Virus record (IMG/VR): IMGVR_UViG_3300017917_002838
Location: 32,001 to 96,000 of that record
Length of the DNA: 64,000 nt
Direction: 5' to 3' (one strand)
Source: a virus
This document shows positions 46,301 to 55,817 of this stretch, one piece after another; within the stretch, counting starts at the first letter, position 1, and each line of letters starts with the position of its first letter. Below the pieces are notes generated by a model, which worked only from the letters and a program-made list of their open reading frames with translations, ran no database searches and was not told where the DNA came from. Position numbers and translations under genes: made by a program.

Positions 46301-49300
46301 TGCTGCTATTCTATCTTTTGTAGAATTTGCAGCTTGTAATAATCCAGTGTAAGCAGTTGTTGTAAGCTGGTTTCCCATTCCACTTGTTCCAGTAAGTGCT
46401 CCCATAGAATAATCTGGCATAGGTGTAAAAGTGACTTGTGATCCTCTTACTTGTAAATCTGAAGGTCCCGCTCCTCTAGTGCCATAACCTCTAGTTTTTC
46501 CTGGAATAACTTCTCCTGCTGCCATTGCTGCAGCTTCTTGTCTTGCATTAAATTCTGCTTCCTGCATAGCACGTTTTGCTGGATTTCCAGAAAGACCTTG
46601 TCTCTTTTTTCTTACTTGACCAGCTTTAGCATATTTTTGAACACCAGGAATTATTGTTCCAGAAGTATTTGGTACAAACATCTCTGGTCCGTTTTCTCCA
46701 ACTACATATGCTCCTCCAGCGCTAACTCCACCACCCATTGCTCTATTGCCAGACATAGGTCCAGAAATAGTTTCAATTCTTAATCCGGTTGAATCGGCTG
46801 CAGTAATTCTAAACTTTCCACCAAAATAAGACTCTTGTTCATTTACAGCAACTTTTCCTTGAGGTGTGCCAAATTCTAAGTCTGGAACTATTTTAGAAAT
46901 AGGAGTCATACCTCTATTTTTAACATCTGCCATTAAATAGAAATCGCCAAATCCTCTTGCTACTTGTGGATCAGAACTCCATGAAGACCTTCTCATGATG
47001 AATTCTTTTCCTATCAACTTTGAAAAATTTCCAGTAGCTTTTGCCATTTTAATTTCATTCATTAGCCACTCGGGAAGTGGTTTCATTGCAGTTGATGAAG
47101 CTAAACTTATTCCTCTAAAGAATGTTCCAGAACCTTTAGTTCTTGCTGCAAGCAGAGCGGCAACATGGGAAGGTTCTCTCATTATGTCATATGCGCCCTT
47201 TGCATACATCTCTGCAGCATATCTTGCTCTTTCTTCTGCAGAACCAGTTGCCCCAGCCATTACGTTAATTGTTGATTTTTGTCTAAATGGATTCCAACTT
47301 GGTCCATATTGTATAGCAGCAGGATATGCTCTATTCCTAACTGTTACTGGGGTCATGTATTTTCCAATATTTAATGGTCCATGTAATGGGTCTTGATTAC
47401 TACTGTCTACTCCACGAACTTTACCCCATTTTGACATTATCTTGGCTAATCTTGATGCAGCAATTCCTGGAATTCCTCCACCACCCATGTAATTATTTAA
47501 TGGAATCATTCCGCCGAGATTGCTCTTTCTAATTACATTTCTTGTTTTTAAAGATTTTATTCTACTTTTCTTTGCCCCATTAGATATCATTACCTCATCA
47601 ATAAATGGTATAAAATTTTCAAATTGTATATCTCCGCCAAAATCTCCAATTAGCAGGTCGTCTTTGTCTGATAAATATTTTTTTATCTGTTTGTCTATTT
47701 CTTTTTCTGCTTTAGCAAATTTACTTTGATCGACTCCTGCCATCCTAAATAAATTATCATATTTGCCATATCTTCCTAAATTTCTTGCAATAAAATCTGA
47801 AACAAGTAAATTGTTTTGATTTGCTTGTTTGTTTGATCGTTCATCATAGTCAACAGTATATTTACTTACATATCTTTTATTTCCAACAATTCTTGCTTTA
47901 GTTAGATGAGTTGCATTTGTTGGAGTAGTTCCAGAATAACTAAGTCTTGGAAACCCATTTGATTCTAGTATTGAAGAAAGTTCTCCTCTAGAATCTAGAT
48001 GACCCCATTCTAAAGTTTTTGTGCTTCTAGCCCTAGACCTATCTAAATTAAATCCATAATTTTGAATAACTTCAGCAGCCTTTGATCTTTGATTTAATGG
48101 TAAAGACTCTAAATAATTTTGTATAGCATTTCCAGTATTATTTCCTCTAGTAAGAATTGGATACTTATTACCAAAAAGATATCTAAGAGAAGTAGCATCT
48201 CTTCCTCTCCCGGCAAATCTAGATGCAACAATTCCTCTAAGAATCCTAGCGATACCACCTACATTCATTCCTGATCCTGGAGCCTGCTTGTTATCATTTA
48301 TTGCCATTAAAAGTGGAAGATTTTCTGCTGTTGCTTTTCTGTTTACAACAAATTCTCCTGGAGTAAGCATCGCAGGAACTACGTCAGCATTTATATTTGG
48401 ACCTGGAACAACAGAAGGACTTTGATAAATTTGTCCTCCTTTATTTCTATATTGGAATCCTGAAGCTTCTCCTGCTATTCCAAGATTTTCAGAAAAAGGA
48501 CCATAAAATCTTCCAGCTCTATCTTTTCTCAACAAAGACTTGCCGTTAAATGTTACTTTGCCAGAAGGAGATCTTGAAATAATTTGTTGGTTTGTTCCAG
48601 GAACCATTCTTAATCTAGAAACATTTATTCCACGAGAAACAGCCATAGACTCTAATTCTGCTAGCAGTGCTCTGTTTGCCGCTTCTATTTGAACCTGAGC
48701 CTGTTCTGCAGTAATGATTCCTTGCTGTGCTTGAGTAGCTATTGTTTTTGCAGCATTTGCAGCATTTGTTGCAATTGCTCTTATTCCAGGAAGAATGTCA
48801 TCAAACTCTTGTAAGAATTGAGTTGGAAGCCTTCCAGTCATATTTAAAACATTTAAAGCATTTTCTAATTCGGCTTTTGTTTTTGTTGCCATAGTTGTAA
48901 GCAATGCTTGGTATCTTGCATATTGCTCTGTTGAAATTGATGCTGATGCACCTTTTAATGCGGTAACTCCTTCCACCATTGGAGTTCCTGTGGTTCCTAA
49001 AGGTTGTGGTCTAGTTCCCCAACCTTGATTTATTCCTCCGACAAAAGGAACTGACGCATAGAATGTTTGTTTTTCTAATTCTTCTGGAGTCATTCTTGCT
49101 TGTGCAAGTAAATGAGCTATATTGGATTCTGGAATTACACTTCCAGATTCGCCCATTATATTAGCTCTTCCAGTAGCTCCTGATGTTCTTGTAATTGTTG
49201 ATGGAACAACTTGATTCAATGCAGCTAAAGATGCTCTTAAATTATCTACAGCAGATTTTAATGCTGTAGCTGCTGCTGCATCAGAATATAAAGTTTGTCC

Positions 49301-51097
49301 AAAACTTTCTGCTGCAGCTTCTGCTGCAACCATGTCTGGAGTTAATAATTTAAATCCTTTTGCGCCAGAGAAAAATGCTCTTAAGTGTGAAAGACCTTTA
49401 AATACATATCCAAGGAAGTTAGCAAAAACACCTGTAAGCATAATTATTGGACCAGTTACTGCAGTAACACCACCTAAAATACTTAAAAACTTTTTAACTG
49501 GCTCTGGTAATTTATTAAAGAAATTAATAACTTTGTCTGCAACATTAATTAGTTTTGTTGCAATATCTAAAAATGATTCTCCTACTGTTGCTAAATCTGC
49601 CCTTAATCCTTCAATTGCTCTTCTATATCTACCAGAAGCAGATTCAGTTACCATCGCTAATTCTCGATCAGCAATAGCACCTATTTGTTGAGTGCTTGCT
49701 TTCATTAGATCTAGAACTTGTAAAGTTTGGCTGCCTTGTCTTCCAAGATTATCAAACAAAGCACCCATTCTTGCAAATTGATATTTACCAAATAGTTGTT
49801 CTAACGCCTGCTGTTTTTGTAATGGATTTAATGTATCTAAAGCACTTTGTAATGCTAAAATTGTGTCTGTTAAATTTCCTGCATTTTTTGTAACTAGTGC
49901 TTCTAAATCTATGCCAAATCCTTCAAACATATCCTTGGCTCTATTTGTTGGATTAATTAATGAACCAAGTGCTGATTTCAAACCGTTAGCAGCTGAAGCT
50001 GCATCAATTCCGCCTTCACGCATAGCTGTTAGATAAAGAGCCAAATCTTGAACGCTTCCGCCAAGACCTCTGATAATTGGTCCAGCTTTTGGAATTGCAT
50101 CTACTAAGTCATTTAGAGTTGTTGAGGTTTGGTTTTCAACTGCGTTAAGAAAGTTAATTGAATCTGCTAACTCAGTTGTATTTTGCTTAAAAGCATTCTG
50201 AATTGCAAGAGTTGCTTTCATTGCTTCTTGTCTATCTACTTCACCAAGAACTGAAAGTCTTGTTGTTTCTTGTAATGATTTTAATAGGTCATTACCTTGT
50301 TGACCAGTTGCTGCAATATCTGCTGCCAAGGCAATGGTATCTTTGAATGATACTCCATATGCAGATGACAAATCCTTGGCAGTTTTAGATACATCGTCTC
50401 TTACTTTACTTAGTTCCTGTGAAGAAGTAGCTGCAAGTCCGCCGTAAACTTTTGTTAATCTTGTTAGTTCACGATCTGCTTGATTGAATGCTTCTGCTGC
50501 AGCTTTACCAAATGCTGCTATAGGAACAGTAAGACCAACCGTTAGCTGTCTACCGGCCCATTGTGTATTTTTACCCCAGTTGATGAGCTGTAGAGATCCA
50601 TCTTGCATAACTTTATTCATAATAGACAGCTCTTTATTTGCTATAGCTGTTTTATTTTTTAATTCGTCTATGCCAGTAGGAATATTAACTGCAAACTGCA
50701 TCTGTCCTCTAGCATTTTTTCCTAGTGGTTGCAGTATTGCTTGTTGTAGAGCTATTTGTTGTCTGGCAAGCTCTTTAACCATACTATTAGAACTTCTATG
50801 ATATTCCTGCCAAGTTCTATAGTAATCTCTTAACTTTAATCTTCCGGCATCAAGATTCTTTCCAAATTTATCTATGTCTCTAGATACCGCTACAAATTGT
50901 GTACTAAATTGACCGCTATTACTTAAGATTGAAGAAAAATTAGCATTTGCAGTTTTAATGTTTCTAGTTAATGCTGCATCTGTTAAACTAAATTGTTTTT
51001 GTAAAGCAGAAAGCTGAGTTATTGCAGACTTTACCTGGCTTAACAAACCAGAGAAATCTGCATTAGCAGTAATTTGCGTATTAATTATTTCGGCCAC
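43373..51097 (-). CDS. Tape measure protein (2574 aa) with inserted cargo domains
   Basis: NWGKNTQWAGRQL, TP901-type core, TM segments and GPGTGTSDSIPA.LSNGEFV motif; follows the chaperones. Confidence 0.93.
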   Translation of the reverse strand: MAEIINTQITANADFSGLLSQVKSAITQLSALQKQFSLTDAALTRNIKTANANFSSILSNSGQFSTQFVAVSRDIDKFGKNLDAGRLKLRDYYRTWQEYHRSSNSMVKELARQQIALQQAILQPLGKNARGQMQFAVNIPTGIDELKNKTAIANKELSIMNKVMQDGSLQLINWGKNTQWAGRQLTVGLTVPIAAFGKAAAEAFNQADRELTRLTKVYGGLAATSSQELSKVRDDVSKTAKDLSSAYGVSFKDTIALAADIAATGQQGNDLLKSLQETTRLSVLGEVDRQEAMKATLAIQNAFKQNTTELADSINFLNAVENQTSTTLNDLVDAIPKAGPIIRGLGGSVQDLALYLTAMREGGIDAASAANGLKSALGSLINPTNRAKDMFEGFGIDLEALVTKNAGNLTDTILALQSALDTLNPLQKQQALEQLFGKYQFARMGALFDNLGRQGSQTLQVLDLMKASTQQIGAIADRELAMVTESASGRYRRAIEGLRADLATVGESFLDIATKLINVADKVINFFNKLPEPVKKFLSILGGVTAVTGPIIMLTGVFANFLGYVFKGLSHLRAFFSGAKGFKLLTPDMVAAEAAAESFGQTLYSDAAAATALKSAVDNLRASLAALNQVVPSTITRTSGATGRANIMGESGSVIPESNIAHLLAQARMTPEELEKQTFYASVPFVGGINQGWGTRPQPLGTTGTPMVEGVTALKGASASISTEQYARYQALLTTMATKTKAELENALNVLNMTGRLPTQFLQEFDDILPGIRAIATNAANAAKTIATQAQQGIITAEQAQVQIEAANRALLAELESMAVSRGINVSRLRMVPGTNQQIISRSPSGKVTFNGKSLLRKDRAGRFYGPFSENLGIAGEASGFQYRNKGGQIYQSPSVVPGPNINADVVPAMLTPGEFVVNRKATAENLPLLMAINDNKQAPGSGMNVGGIARILRGIVASRFAGRGRDATSLRYLFGNKYPILTRGNNTGNAIQNYLESLPLNQRSKAAEVIQNYGFNLDRSRARSTKTLEWGHLDSRGELSSILESNGFPRLSYSGTTPTNATHLTKARIVGNKRYVSKYTVDYDERSNKQANQNNLLVSDFIARNLGRYGKYDNLFRMAGVDQSKFAKAEKEIDKQIKKYLSDKDDLLIGDFGGDIQFENFIPFIDEVMISNGAKKSRIKSLKTRNVIRKSNLGGMIPLNNYMGGGGIPGIAASRLAKIMSKWGKVRGVDSSNQDPLHGPLNIGKYMTPVTVRNRAYPAAIQYGPSWNPFRQKSTINVMAGATGSAEERARYAAEMYAKGAYDIMREPSHVAALLAARTKGSGTFFRGISLASSTAMKPLPEWLMNEIKMAKATGNFSKLIGKEFIMRRSSWSSDPQVARGFGDFYLMADVKNRGMTPISKIVPDLEFGTPQGKVAVNEQESYFGGKFRITAADSTGLRIETISGPMSGNRAMGGGVSAGGAYVVGENGPEMFVPNTSGTIIPGVQKYAKAGQVRKKRQGLSGNPAKRAMQEAEFNARQEAAAMAAGEVIPGKTRGYGTRGAGPSDLQVRGSQVTFTPMPDYSMGALTGTSGMGNQLTTTAYTGLLQAANSTKDRIAAINDSIKKSYESSSKAISNAIDKSRAAILKSGESAKLAASKTKDYLAGFKDLSRLRDRPMAAGETFEGPLGTVVQTKTEWKKLLTTRAGFLPPPPAAGSRREALAKRMQNYGKDNGGMLAGMAGMGMMTAGSQMGGAGGTAMMAGGMALSMAPAFLPQLGTALKGMTSMSVVVFKVIRLLKMLSLPGAILTAVVWLGKKFLDMKKHAEEVGKANRASFGLTGEQAKKAGIEIVSLSDRLKSAKDAADAFKASGLAAYNENTKTGFRGLTLSIKELKTAIEDAKKNMPDLVNLFNNIDPSNVNQLAQSMKADFIAGGMSAEEATNKVFAIIKASEKATMAVGAIGNKGFADITDKATAAAAKVRITATEMSSVNSNSEEAATGIMSMVNALLEAEKASIGTKDATGKIVTAQEAVNTQLQTIANTQGANKNLTNEQLLAIQAQNKELGQVLNTSDNLASVYAKSKLLLAGMGDEVSKLDAATAISLAKYQSSVETASASILKTGSFGPLNTAIDNYSKKWSNSSKSIQKAAQSSEEAYKKQADAIQKIIDKINKEADARKKALELQKAERDFKTEISLLDIEYRNAIANGNEEAAASAQIRIQDAARERQEQLALQAIEDERQRKLEEQQAKIDKLNEKKMKQEKEIVAMQQSAANNQQKSSQAQMYMGLISQALTARQLGQIDQKAFMGQMETAIKGVQSLKDKDLNAAVESILGTGVIANTEENRMAARGGGKLTVSTDLQSKIAALGNRASSELSVEAQKNFTQGASDIKAAATDFVTAATIITTGKIPEGATVNGKSVKAVERPEYQSGGKGAYTNRPGVGDVGTGGRPKGSAMGGPIYGPGTGTSDSIPALLSNGEFVVNARATAAVGVPFLNNINRMGMGGYVNPSMSSNMSMPSYRVGGAVYKVPTNRIGYAYGGMVESDSYGATTLNFIFQGELSPYMEDKLKNDIVGIINSNTKLSNIKIGSDRRFKS

Positions 51098-51106
51098 TGC
51101 TTTTAA

Positions 51107-51768
51107 TTATTCCTGAGCGTATCCTAATCCTTGATTTATTCCAAATCCTTTGCTTGAAGCACTTTCACCTTGTAATCCAACAACGTCGTTTTTTATTCCA
51201 GTGTCTATACCCAGAGCTCTCATTTGGACATCTTCAAATGTTAGAACGTCTCCTGACTCTTCCTCCTTTAGATTAACCCCTTGCAATGAAGCAAAGAATT
51301 TTCTTTCTTCGTCTTCTTCTTTATGCATACTTTCTAGGGTATGCAAAAGCTCTGGCATAGATAAGCTTTCTTCTAGTTCTTCGTAGTTTTTCCAAAAACC
51401 TAGAAGAAAAACTTTACCTTCAAGGGCGGCTAGATCTAGTTCTGACCAGCTAGAACTGCCGCTGCTAGTAAATTTGGGTCATCCATTTTGATGCCACCAC
51501 AAACTTCTAGAATTCTATTAATGGTTGGAATGTCTAATGCATCTTCTAGTGCATCTTTATCTTTAACAAGTTCTGGAAGTTGTTTTTCTAGGGCAACGCC
51601 ACATGCATCAATTAGAAGATCAAGTGTTTCTTCTTCGCCTGTTACCTCTGAAGTTTTTTGCATAACTTCCATAAATTTTCTTAGTTCTTTAATACTCAAT
51701 GGCTTGAGTTTTACTTTTGCTCCATTTTGAAGCTCAATTTCTTCTACGCTATAAACGGTAGTAGCCAA
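51107..51768 (-). CDS. Tail assembly chaperone, long -1 frameshift form (G-T)
   Basis: The -1 frame is open from the slippery site through WSELDLAALEGKVFLLGFWKNYEELEESLS into ORF 51107..51358. Confidence 0.8.
51436..51768 (-). CDS. Tail assembly chaperone, short form (G)
   Basis: Between major tail and TMP; ends DDPNLLAAAVLAGQN. Confidence 0.85.
   Translation of the reverse strand: MATTVYSVEEIELQNGAKVKLKPLSIKELRKFMEVMQKTSEVTGEEETLDLLIDACGVALEKQLPELVKDKDALEDALDIPTINRILEVCGGIKMDDPNLLAAAVLAGQN
51469..51478 (-). other. Programmed -1 frameshift slippery site
   Basis: C CCA AAT TTA contains two overlapping X XXY YYZ heptamers. Confidence 0.75.
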
Positions 51769-51820
51769 TTTATTCTCCTTTATACTTTAATATAATTATA
51801 CCAAAATGAGTGTATAATGA

Positions 51821-51843
51821 CAAACCCCCGTTTCCGGGGGTGT
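51821..51843 (-). terminator. Terminator after major tail gene
   Basis: CCCCCG-GAAA-CGGGGG then TTTGT. Confidence 0.7.
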
Positions 51844-51868
51844 GCCTAATTATTTAATTATTATTAAA

Positions 51869-52516
51869 TTATGCTTCGATCACACGATCAATAATCTTAC
51901 CGTACTCAGCGCCTGCGTAAGCAGAGTCTGGAAGTAGACGGAAGGTTACTGGAAATGTGGTTGCAGCGTTACGAGCTAGAGAGAATTGTGACTGTTGTAC
52001 TGAAAGTACACGACGTGCATAATATACACGCTCACGCTTCTTATTTGATGCGTTTCTTGGTGCTAGACCAATAGCGATCAATTGACGCTCTGTTGGTTCT
52101 GCGCCGAGAGCTCCTGCTTCGATTGACAAAACATCAGATGCGAGAGAAGATGCTTTTTGTCCGAAAACTCGAACAACGTTAGCTAGTGTTGCTTCAGTAA
52201 ATTCTGTAGCAAGCATAACTTCCATTGCTTCCTTGAAAAGCTTTGCTGTATCGAGAAGTTGATCAACAGTTACTGAACCATATGTTGGGTTGTAAGTAAT
52301 CTGAAGACCGTTATTTGTATAACCTACGTTAGAATAAGCTGAACCAAGTGCTCCCTTGAGTTCTTTTGTTGACTCATCATAAAGAGAATTGGTTGAATAA
52401 GCTGCAACGTTAGTTCCTTCTGGAATTACTGCTGTGTAGGATGCGTCTGTTGAATCTAGATTTGATAGAAACATAGGTGCTGCACCTACAAGAATATTTT
52501 TAGCTTCAAATGCCAT
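51869..52516 (-). CDS. Major tail (tube) protein
   Basis: NILVGAA, GYT.NG, VDQLLD, EATL.N and FPVTFRLLPD; strong SD and downstream terminator. Confidence 0.88.
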   Translation of the reverse strand: MAFEAKNILVGAAPMFLSNLDSTDASYTAVIPEGTNVAAYSTNSLYDESTKELKGALGSAYSNVGYTNNGLQITYNPTYGSVTVDQLLDTAKLFKEAMEVMLATEFTEATLANVVRVFGQKASSLASDVLSIEAGALGAEPTERQLIAIGLAPRNASNKKRERVYYARRVLSVQQSQFSLARNAATTFPVTFRLLPDSAYAGAEYGKIIDRVIEA

Positions 52517-52575
52517 TTAATTTCCACCTCCTGGAATATTTACTTAGTGGCTGGCTAGGCTCTTTCCTCGTATTA

Positions 52576-52604
52576 ATAGTAACCCAAAATGGTTAAAAAG
52601 GCAA
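52576..52604 (-). promoter_or_regulatory. Candidate late promoter
   Basis: TTGCCT(TTTTA)-N17-TACTAT; the same 11-mer occurs at 58288-58298. Confidence 0.55.
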
Positions 52605-52606
52605 GA

Positions 52607-53122
52607 TCAGATGTATCTGCCGTTGCCAGAGGTAAGTCTTGAATATTTAACCTCTAAAATTATATCTGTAGACAAGAAACCGGCCATTTCTTCTGATGGG
52701 GCTGTTGCGGACATATCTGATATATAAATGCTGTGGAAAATAAATTTGCTATTTTGTCCAGTATAAAGATTAACGTCTTTTGCAGACTCATCCATTCTTC
52801 TAAATAGGTCTATAAAGAAATTTCTCATTTCATTAATATCTGATATATTGGTAGCAAATAGGGTAAACATTACTTCTTCGTTACATATCATCCAAATATC
52901 GTCTTCGTAGGTCATCCCAGTTTTGTCATAAACAATAAACTTTTTACCAGAGAAAAATTGATCCATTTCTGGAACTTCTTGAACTGGTATTACGGGAACT
53001 ACATAATCCATTATTGTATCGCTATAATAGTTATTCTCGTCAAAAATACCAGCCAGTAATAGCTTGTCCCAGATAAACTTTCTAAGTTCGTTTACTGCGT
53101 CTATTTTATAATTTACAGTCAT
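52607..53122 (-). CDS. Tail terminator/completion protein
   Basis: Position upstream of the major tail gene; size. Confidence 0.65.
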   Translation of the reverse strand: MTVNYKIDAVNELRKFIWDKLLLAGIFDENNYYSDTIMDYVVPVIPVQEVPEMDQFFSGKKFIVYDKTGMTYEDDIWMICNEEVMFTLFATNISDINEMRNFFIDLFRRMDESAKDVNLYTGQNSKFIFHSIYISDMSATAPSEEMAGFLSTDIILEVKYSRLTSGNGRYI

Positions 53123-53907
53123 TAGAATCCTACCCCTCCATTTACTGCAGCCCTAGCAGAATTTTTAACTGCAGACGGTGAGTATGAATATGAATCAATC
53201 CTGATTATTGAAGGAACTCTCATGGCTTTATAAACAATGTTCCTCATCATTTTATCTGCTCCAGACTTGTCCATAGATGCTTTTAACATTCCACCGGAAA
53301 CAAATTTTTTATAATGTTTAACAACCGATCCTGCTACCATTTTACCGCCAGGTTTTGCAACCCTAACAGATCTTCCAATTCCCATAAATATAACTTTTCC
53401 ACCTATTTCAAAAACAAGTCTTTCGGCCTGTCTTGGTGAAATTGTCACGGGCTTTCCAGACTCCATTACAAAAGCTTTGTTTTTAAATATATATTTTTTA
53501 CCATAAGCATTTGGAACTGAGGTTTTTGATTGTCTTAATTCTAATCCAAATGTTAACCCGTACCCGTCCGAATTTGTTTTATTTATTTTAAATAATCTTG
53601 ATATCGGAACTCCGACTCTTTTCCATTCATAAACATGATGTAATTCTTTTGGCTTACTTCTTGCCTGCATATCAATATATGCTCCGAGGTCTTTACCAAT
53701 TTGATTAAATAATAAGTCTACATATTTTGTTTTTAATTTGCTAGATTTTGATATTTCAGATATTACAGAAGATTGATAGTAAATTACTGCAGCTATTTTT
53801 GCTACAGTACCCCCGTCATCTAGTCCACCCTTTGGCTTTGTGCCCGCCATGAGCTTCCCAGCGCCTCCTAGAGCCATTTCTAGGCCAACTTCATCATACC
53901 TCGCCAA
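53122..53907 (-). CDS. Neck/tail-completion protein
   Basis: Basic; LHHVYEW, F..KA.VME.G; synteny. Start uncertain. Confidence 0.6.
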   Translation of the reverse strand: MARYDEVGLEMALGGAGKLMAGTKPKGGLDDGGTVAKIAAVIYYQSSVISEISKSSKLKTKYVDLLFNQIGKDLGAYIDMQARSKPKELHHVYEWKRVGVPISRLFKINKTNSDGYGLTFGLELRQSKTSVPNAYGKKYIFKNKAFVMESGKPVTISPRQAERLVFEIGGKVIFMGIGRSVRVAKPGGKMVAGSVVKHYKKFVSGGMLKASMDKSGADKMMRNIVYKAMRVPSIIRIDSYSYSPSAVKNSARAAVNGGVGF

Positions 53908-54331
53908 GTCTCTGATTCTCCGATCTTGCAGCAATTAAATTCCAGGCAATTTCTCTTCCATATGGGTCTAATATTGGAGTTGATCCGGTTATATCAAATA
54001 TAGTGGGAGTATTATTTGGAGAATCAATTTCTGTCCATATTGGCTTACCATCTTGCTGTCTAATATTTCCAACTTTATCTCTAAATGAAATATAATGTTC
54101 TGTTCTTATTTGAATTTCATTTAAATTCTTATAATCTTGTCCAAATTTAGTTCTTTGATTTGATCCTCTAGCGCTAGAACTATTGCTAATATTACCTTTT
54201 GCAGAACAATTAATAGTTTTATGTAATTGCCAAACTCTATTTAATGCTCCGGTATCAGGATCTTGTATAACAGATTGCCGGTATATGTCTAGCATCAGTG
54301 GTAGCATAGAGCCAACAAGATCGTTTTTCAT
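53894..54331 (-). CDS. Head-closure (stopper) protein
   Basis: Synteny; QD..TG...R.W pattern. Confidence 0.65.
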   Translation of the reverse strand: MKNDLVGSMLPLMLDIYRQSVIQDPDTGALNRVWQLHKTINCSAKGNISNSSSARGSNQRTKFGQDYKNLNEIQIRTEHYISFRDKVGNIRQQDGKPIWTEIDSPNNTPTIFDITGSTPILDPYGREIAWNLIAARSENQRLGEV

Positions 54332-55299
54332 TATACAACAATCATTCCTGTCAAGACATAAGGTTGTAGCAATTGGTCAGCATAAAGGTTTCCGGTTCCC
54401 CTGTGTGCATCTTCTGCAAACTCGAAACTCCAGTCGAATGTTTGTATTTTAGAAACGTATCTATTTCTCCAGGCTTTATCCTGATTAAAGAAATCATTTA
54501 TTAATATAATACATGCTTCTTCAACATTATCTGGAACATATGTCCATCCAAATTTTCCAGTAACGACATATCTATAATCTTTTTTAAATGCTCCAGAATA
54601 TCCTTGGTCATAAATAGTTGGTGGAACCAATCCATTTGAAGTATATATCATATTGTCTAATTGATTTTGCCTATTTACTCTTAGTCCAAATCCGCTTTCT
54701 GCTATCATTGGAACATAATTCCAATTTAATTCAGTACCATCTATTTCATATAATAAATTATCATTTTCATATAACGATGTTAATTCATTAATTTTAAATG
54801 GCAGCGGCAAAATATCGCTTCCGTATCCGTATGCAACATGTGTGTCTTTATATGGATAAAAAAATTGTGTTGTGTATGCTTCAATTAATTTTCTAGCATA
54901 TTTTTCTGCCATTTGTATATCATGATAAGATTTAAAATTGGGATCTGAAGGATCTGTTCCAAAATTTAAATCTTCAAATACGTCAGAAATATTAGCATAG
55001 GGAGCTACGACATCAAAAAAATCTGTGTGTGCTCCTTCATCTCCATTTACCTCATACTCCCAAATTACTTTGTATCTTTTTAATTCTGTACAAAATTCAT
55101 ATGGAAGAACTACTTGATATGTTCCTAGATCTGTTTCATCTTTTGTTGCAGTAAAAATTGCTATTACTGAATTACTATTAAGATCTTCTGTAATATCATA
55201 AATTTTTGCAGAAACATCATCGTCTGCATCTGTTATGTTGCCAGACCAAAAAATTTTAGTTTTTATTGGTGAAGTTCTATTTATATATATTTCTGCCAT
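54331..55299 (-). CDS. Head-to-tail adaptor
   Basis: A...IE.YT.Q.F, G.FGW..VP..V..A and TGN..AD.LL.PY motifs. Confidence 0.8.
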   Translation of the reverse strand: MAEIYINRTSPIKTKIFWSGNITDADDDVSAKIYDITEDLNSNSVIAIFTATKDETDLGTYQVVLPYEFCTELKRYKVIWEYEVNGDEGAHTDFFDVVAPYANISDVFEDLNFGTDPSDPNFKSYHDIQMAEKYARKLIEAYTTQFFYPYKDTHVAYGYGSDILPLPFKINELTSLYENDNLLYEIDGTELNWNYVPMIAESGFGLRVNRQNQLDNMIYTSNGLVPPTIYDQGYSGAFKKDYRYVVTGKFGWTYVPDNVEEACIILINDFFNQDKAWRNRYVSKIQTFDWSFEFAEDAHRGTGNLYADQLLQPYVLTGMIVV

Positions 55300-55311
55300 T
55301 TAAAGTTTTAG

Positions 55312-55719
55312 TTAGCGATAGAAGTCTTGAACCTCTGTTGCATTCGCTAGCCTAAAGCCCTCCTCTTTATTAAAAATTGCTTCGGCTTTTTCAGATGGCA
55401 TTGCTACAAATGGATGTTCTCTTGTAAATGTATATCCCATAGTATCGTATCTGAAGTTTGCTCTTGTCATTCTTACCAAAACTGTATTCTCCGGTTGTGC
55501 TGCCTTTGGGTCAAACTTTGGTAATACCTCTACTGCATCTTCATCTTCTTCTGATGAATCTTCATTTTTTTTAATTGTTTTGTTATAGACTTCCCAGGTA
55601 ACGCCTTCTTCAGCCAGGGCAGCAATAACCTCTTTTTTATTTTTGATACCTTCTAGGTCAACTCCGAAATCTTCGGCAACCTTTTTTAATTCATTAAGTT
55701 TTAATGTCTCAAAAGACAT
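55312..55719 (-). CDS. Head-associated protein with HeH/Rho-N-like N-terminus
   Basis: LKLNELKKVAEDFGVD...KKEVI. Confidence 0.65.
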   Translation of the reverse strand: MSFETLKLNELKKVAEDFGVDLEGIKNKKEVIAALAEEGVTWEVYNKTIKKNEDSSEEDEDAVEVLPKFDPKAAQPENTVLVRMTRANFRYDTMGYTFTREHPFVAMPSEKAEAIFNKEEGFRLANATEVQDFYR

Positions 55720-55767
55720 GGCATCTCCTTTGTTATTTTTTAATTATATCATTTTAGCATATTAAAG

Positions 55768-55799
55768 TAAAGACCCCCGAATTTCTCCGGGGGTCTTTA
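55768..55799 (-). terminator. Terminator after capsid gene
   Basis: AAAGACCCCCG-loop-CGGGGGTCTTT. Confidence 0.8.
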
Positions 55800-55817
55800 T
55801 TGGTCTAAATTCCTAAA

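Noticed and set aside
52545-52571. Possible second rRNA-like segment in the major-tail leader (GAGGAAAGAGCCTAGCC)
   Set aside because: Only a loose, gapped resemblance to remembered 23S sequence; not distinguishable from chance.
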